From a virus (lineage: Duplodnaviria; Caudoviricetes), in IMG/VR virus record IMGVR_UViG_3300022752_003832, positions 1 to 61,517 of that record: DNA of 61,517 nucleotides. The stretch is one strand, 5' to 3'. A model generated the notes under the pieces. It did no database searches. It had not been told where the DNA came from and worked only from the letters and a program-made list of their open reading frames with translations. Position 1 is the stretch's first letter; each line of letters begins with the position of its first letter. Below are positions 59,480 to 61,517 of the stretch, piece after piece. The position numbers and the translations under genes were made by a program.

Positions 59480-61516
59480 ATGATTGAATCAGCAGACAAC
59501 AACGAAAAAGACAAAGGAAAAAAAACTGAAACTACGGGTAAAACACCTGTGTTGGATAATTTTTCAAGAGACTTAATAAAAGCGGCAGAAGAGGGTAAAT
59601 TAGACCCTATTATTGGAAGAGAACAAGAAATTAATAGAATTGCACAAATTCTATCAAGAAGAAAAAAGAATAACCCAATTATTATTGGCGAACCAGGTTG
59701 TGGAAAAACTGCAATTGTAGAAGGATTGGCCAAAAAAATATTTGAAGGAGATTGTCCTCAAAATTTAGTTAATAAAAGAATTGTTTCTTTAGATTTAACT
59801 TCTGTTGTGGCAGGAACAAAATATAGAGGTCAATTTGAAGAAAGAATGAAAGTTATAATTGAAGAATTGTACGCCAATCCTGACATCATTATTTTTATAG
59901 ATGAAATCCACACTATGATTGGCGCCGGAAACGCGTCAGGTTCTATGGACGCTTCAAATATATTTAAACCTGCGTTGTCAAGAGGAGATATTCAATGCAT
60001 AGGAGCAACCACATTAGAAGAATATAGAAAAAACATTGAAAAAGACGGGGCTCTTGAAAGAAGATTTCAGAAAGTTGTTGTAGACCCATCTACTAAAGAA
60101 GAAACTTTAGAAATACTAAAAAAATCTAAAGACCGATATGAAAAACACCATAAAGTTAAATATAGTGAAGATATTTTAAAATTATGTGTTGAATTAGCAG
60201 ATAGATATATTACAGATAGAGAATTTCCTGACAAGGCCTTTGATATACTTGATGAAGTTGGGGCAAGAAGTCAGGTAGAAATGAAATTACCTGAATCTAT
60301 TGAAAAATTAAAAAAAGAAGCTCAAGAAATAAAAGAACAAAAAATAGAAGTAATTAATAAACAAAGATACGAGGAGGCCGCAAATTTAAGAGATAGAGAA
60401 AGAAAAGTTTTATCAGAACTTCAAAAAGAAAAAGAAGACTTTGAAAAAAACAGAGACCTTTACCGAAAAGAAGTTACAGAAGAAATTGTTTATAATGTTA
60501 CTTCTTTGATTACAAAAATTCCTATTAATAAAATCACAACTGATGAATCAGTTCAATTAGCATCATTACATGAAGTATTAAATACAAGAGTAATTGGTCA
60601 AAATGAAGCGGTTTCCAAAATTGCAAGAGCAATACAAAGAAATAAAGTTGGTTTAAATGACCCTAAAAAACCAATATTTAGTGGATTATTGATTGGTAAT
60701 TCAGGTGTAGGTAAAACTGAATTGGCAAAACAATTGGCAAAACACATGTTTAATAGTGAAGAGGCTCTTATTAGATTGGATATGAGTGAATTTTCAGATA
60801 AAGTTGCAACGTCAAAATTAACAGGAACATCACCAGGATATGTTGGGTATGAAGATGGTTCACCATTTTTAAACAAAATTAAAAACAAACCTTATTCTGT
60901 TATTTTATTAGATGAAATAGAAAAGGCTCATCCCGAAATTTTTAATGTATTTTTACAAATGTTAGATGAAGGGTTTCTAACCGATGGACACGGTAGAAAA
61001 ATTAACTTTAAAAATTGTATTATTCTTATGACCTCGAATGTTGGAACAAGAGTGGTTCAACAATTTGGTACAGGTGTTGGGTTTTCAACATCACATAAAG
61101 AAGAAACAAAAGATGAAGAAATTAAATCGGTATTAGAAAAAGAACTTTTCAAAAAGTTTGCACCTGAGTTTATCAACAGATTTGATGATATTGTATACTT
61201 TAAAGACTTGAATGACAATGATTTAATGAAGATTTTAAATTTAGAACTTGAAAAATTATATACAAGAGTTTCAAATCTTGAATTTAATGTTGAAGTTGAT
61301 GAATCACTAAAAAATCACTTAATTAAAGTGGGTACGGACACTAGATTTGGAGCTCGTATTTTGAAAAGAACAGTTCAAAAATGGGTAGATGATGCAATTA
61401 CAGAAAAAGTACTTTCAGATAAGCCAGAAAAAAACTCTACATTCTTACTGTCGTATGATGAAAAAAACAATAAAACAGAAGTTAAATTAAAAAAACCAAC
61501 AAAAAGAAAAAAATAA
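59480..61516 (+). CDS. clpC: ClpC-type AAA+ unfoldase lacking the N-terminal Clp-repeat domain
   Basis: Two AAA+ modules (GEPGCGKT/FIDEIH; GNSGVGKT/LLDEIEK), UVR-like middle domain (QRYEEAANLRDRE), ClpP-docking VGF loop. Confidence 0.9.
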   Translation: MIESADNNEKDKGKKTETTGKTPVLDNFSRDLIKAAEEGKLDPIIGREQEINRIAQILSRRKKNNPIIIGEPGCGKTAIVEGLAKKIFEGDCPQNLVNKRIVSLDLTSVVAGTKYRGQFEERMKVIIEELYANPDIIIFIDEIHTMIGAGNASGSMDASNIFKPALSRGDIQCIGATTLEEYRKNIEKDGALERRFQKVVVDPSTKEETLEILKKSKDRYEKHHKVKYSEDILKLCVELADRYITDREFPDKAFDILDEVGARSQVEMKLPESIEKLKKEAQEIKEQKIEVINKQRYEEAANLRDRERKVLSELQKEKEDFEKNRDLYRKEVTEEIVYNVTSLITKIPINKITTDESVQLASLHEVLNTRVIGQNEAVSKIARAIQRNKVGLNDPKKPIFSGLLIGNSGVGKTELAKQLAKHMFNSEEALIRLDMSEFSDKVATSKLTGTSPGYVGYEDGSPFLNKIKNKPYSVILLDEIEKAHPEIFNVFLQMLDEGFLTDGHGRKINFKNCIILMTSNVGTRVVQQFGTGVGFSTSHKEETKDEEIKSVLEKELFKKFAPEFINRFDDIVYFKDLNDNDLMKILNLELEKLYTRVSNLEFNVEVDESLKNHLIKVGTDTRFGARILKRTVQKWVDDAITEKVLSDKPEKNSTFLLSYDEKNNKTEVKLKKPTKRKK

Positions 61517-61517
61517 T

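Noticed and set aside
57456-61516. Bacterial chromosome or prophage boundary at dnaK/clpC
   Set aside because: Same composition and gene density as the phage genes, no integrase/att site or dnaJ/grpE context, and the truncated ClpC and adjacent KTSC fit a large phage.
1-61517. Stop-codon reassignment as in some Bacteroidota megaphages
   Set aside because: Long genes are intact in code 11, and TAA, TAG (e.g. 4853, 31635, 36643) and TGA (e.g. 3755) all end genes at sensible boundaries. Reading TGA 15179 through does not restore the GT frame.
1-61517. tRNA, rRNA, group I/II introns
   Set aside because: Intergenic gaps are short and AT-rich; no cloverleaf or intron-sized interruption was seen by eye. 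A covariance-model scan would be needed to exclude small RNAs.

Overview
AT-rich, gene-dense 61.5 kb segment of a large T4-like (myovirus-type 'huge/jumbo') bacteriophage, most likely infecting Bacteroidota. The host inference rests on a Bacteroidetes-type bS21, a DUF4494-like gene, and TTG...TAnnTTT(G/A) promoters. Standard genetic code. Left to right: neck/tail-completion genes, an intein-containing SNF2 helicase, a zincin-SOD fusion, a family B DNA polymerase, small putative head-cargo genes, and an ~18 kb glycosylation island (about 9 glycosyltransferase-like genes, methyl-/acetyl-/aminotransferases, GDP-mannose 3,5-epimerase, with dUTPase, exonuclease and PhoH embedded). Next come a gp55-like late sigma factor, baseplate genes, the head module (major capsid, scaffold, prohead protease, bS21, portal with two inteins, terminase), a nucleotidyltransferase, KTSC, and divergent dnaK/clpC. 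Most notable: (1) the first gene of the glycan island is interrupted by a 13-nt stop-containing gap between two Gly codons (candidate ribosomal bypass/+1 recoding, or a lesion); (2) many non-structural modules (SOD, WYL, DUF3008, small Cys/His modules) sit behind the same L/I-x-E motif that marks the capsid-protein maturation site, suggesting protease-released head cargo; (3) a TATTTAT late-promoter motif often lies only 4-5 nt before the ATG, beside a divergent bS21; (4) a class 3 intein starts with Phe. No tRNA, rRNA or CRISPR array was seen. All family assignments come from motif recognition by eye, not database searches.
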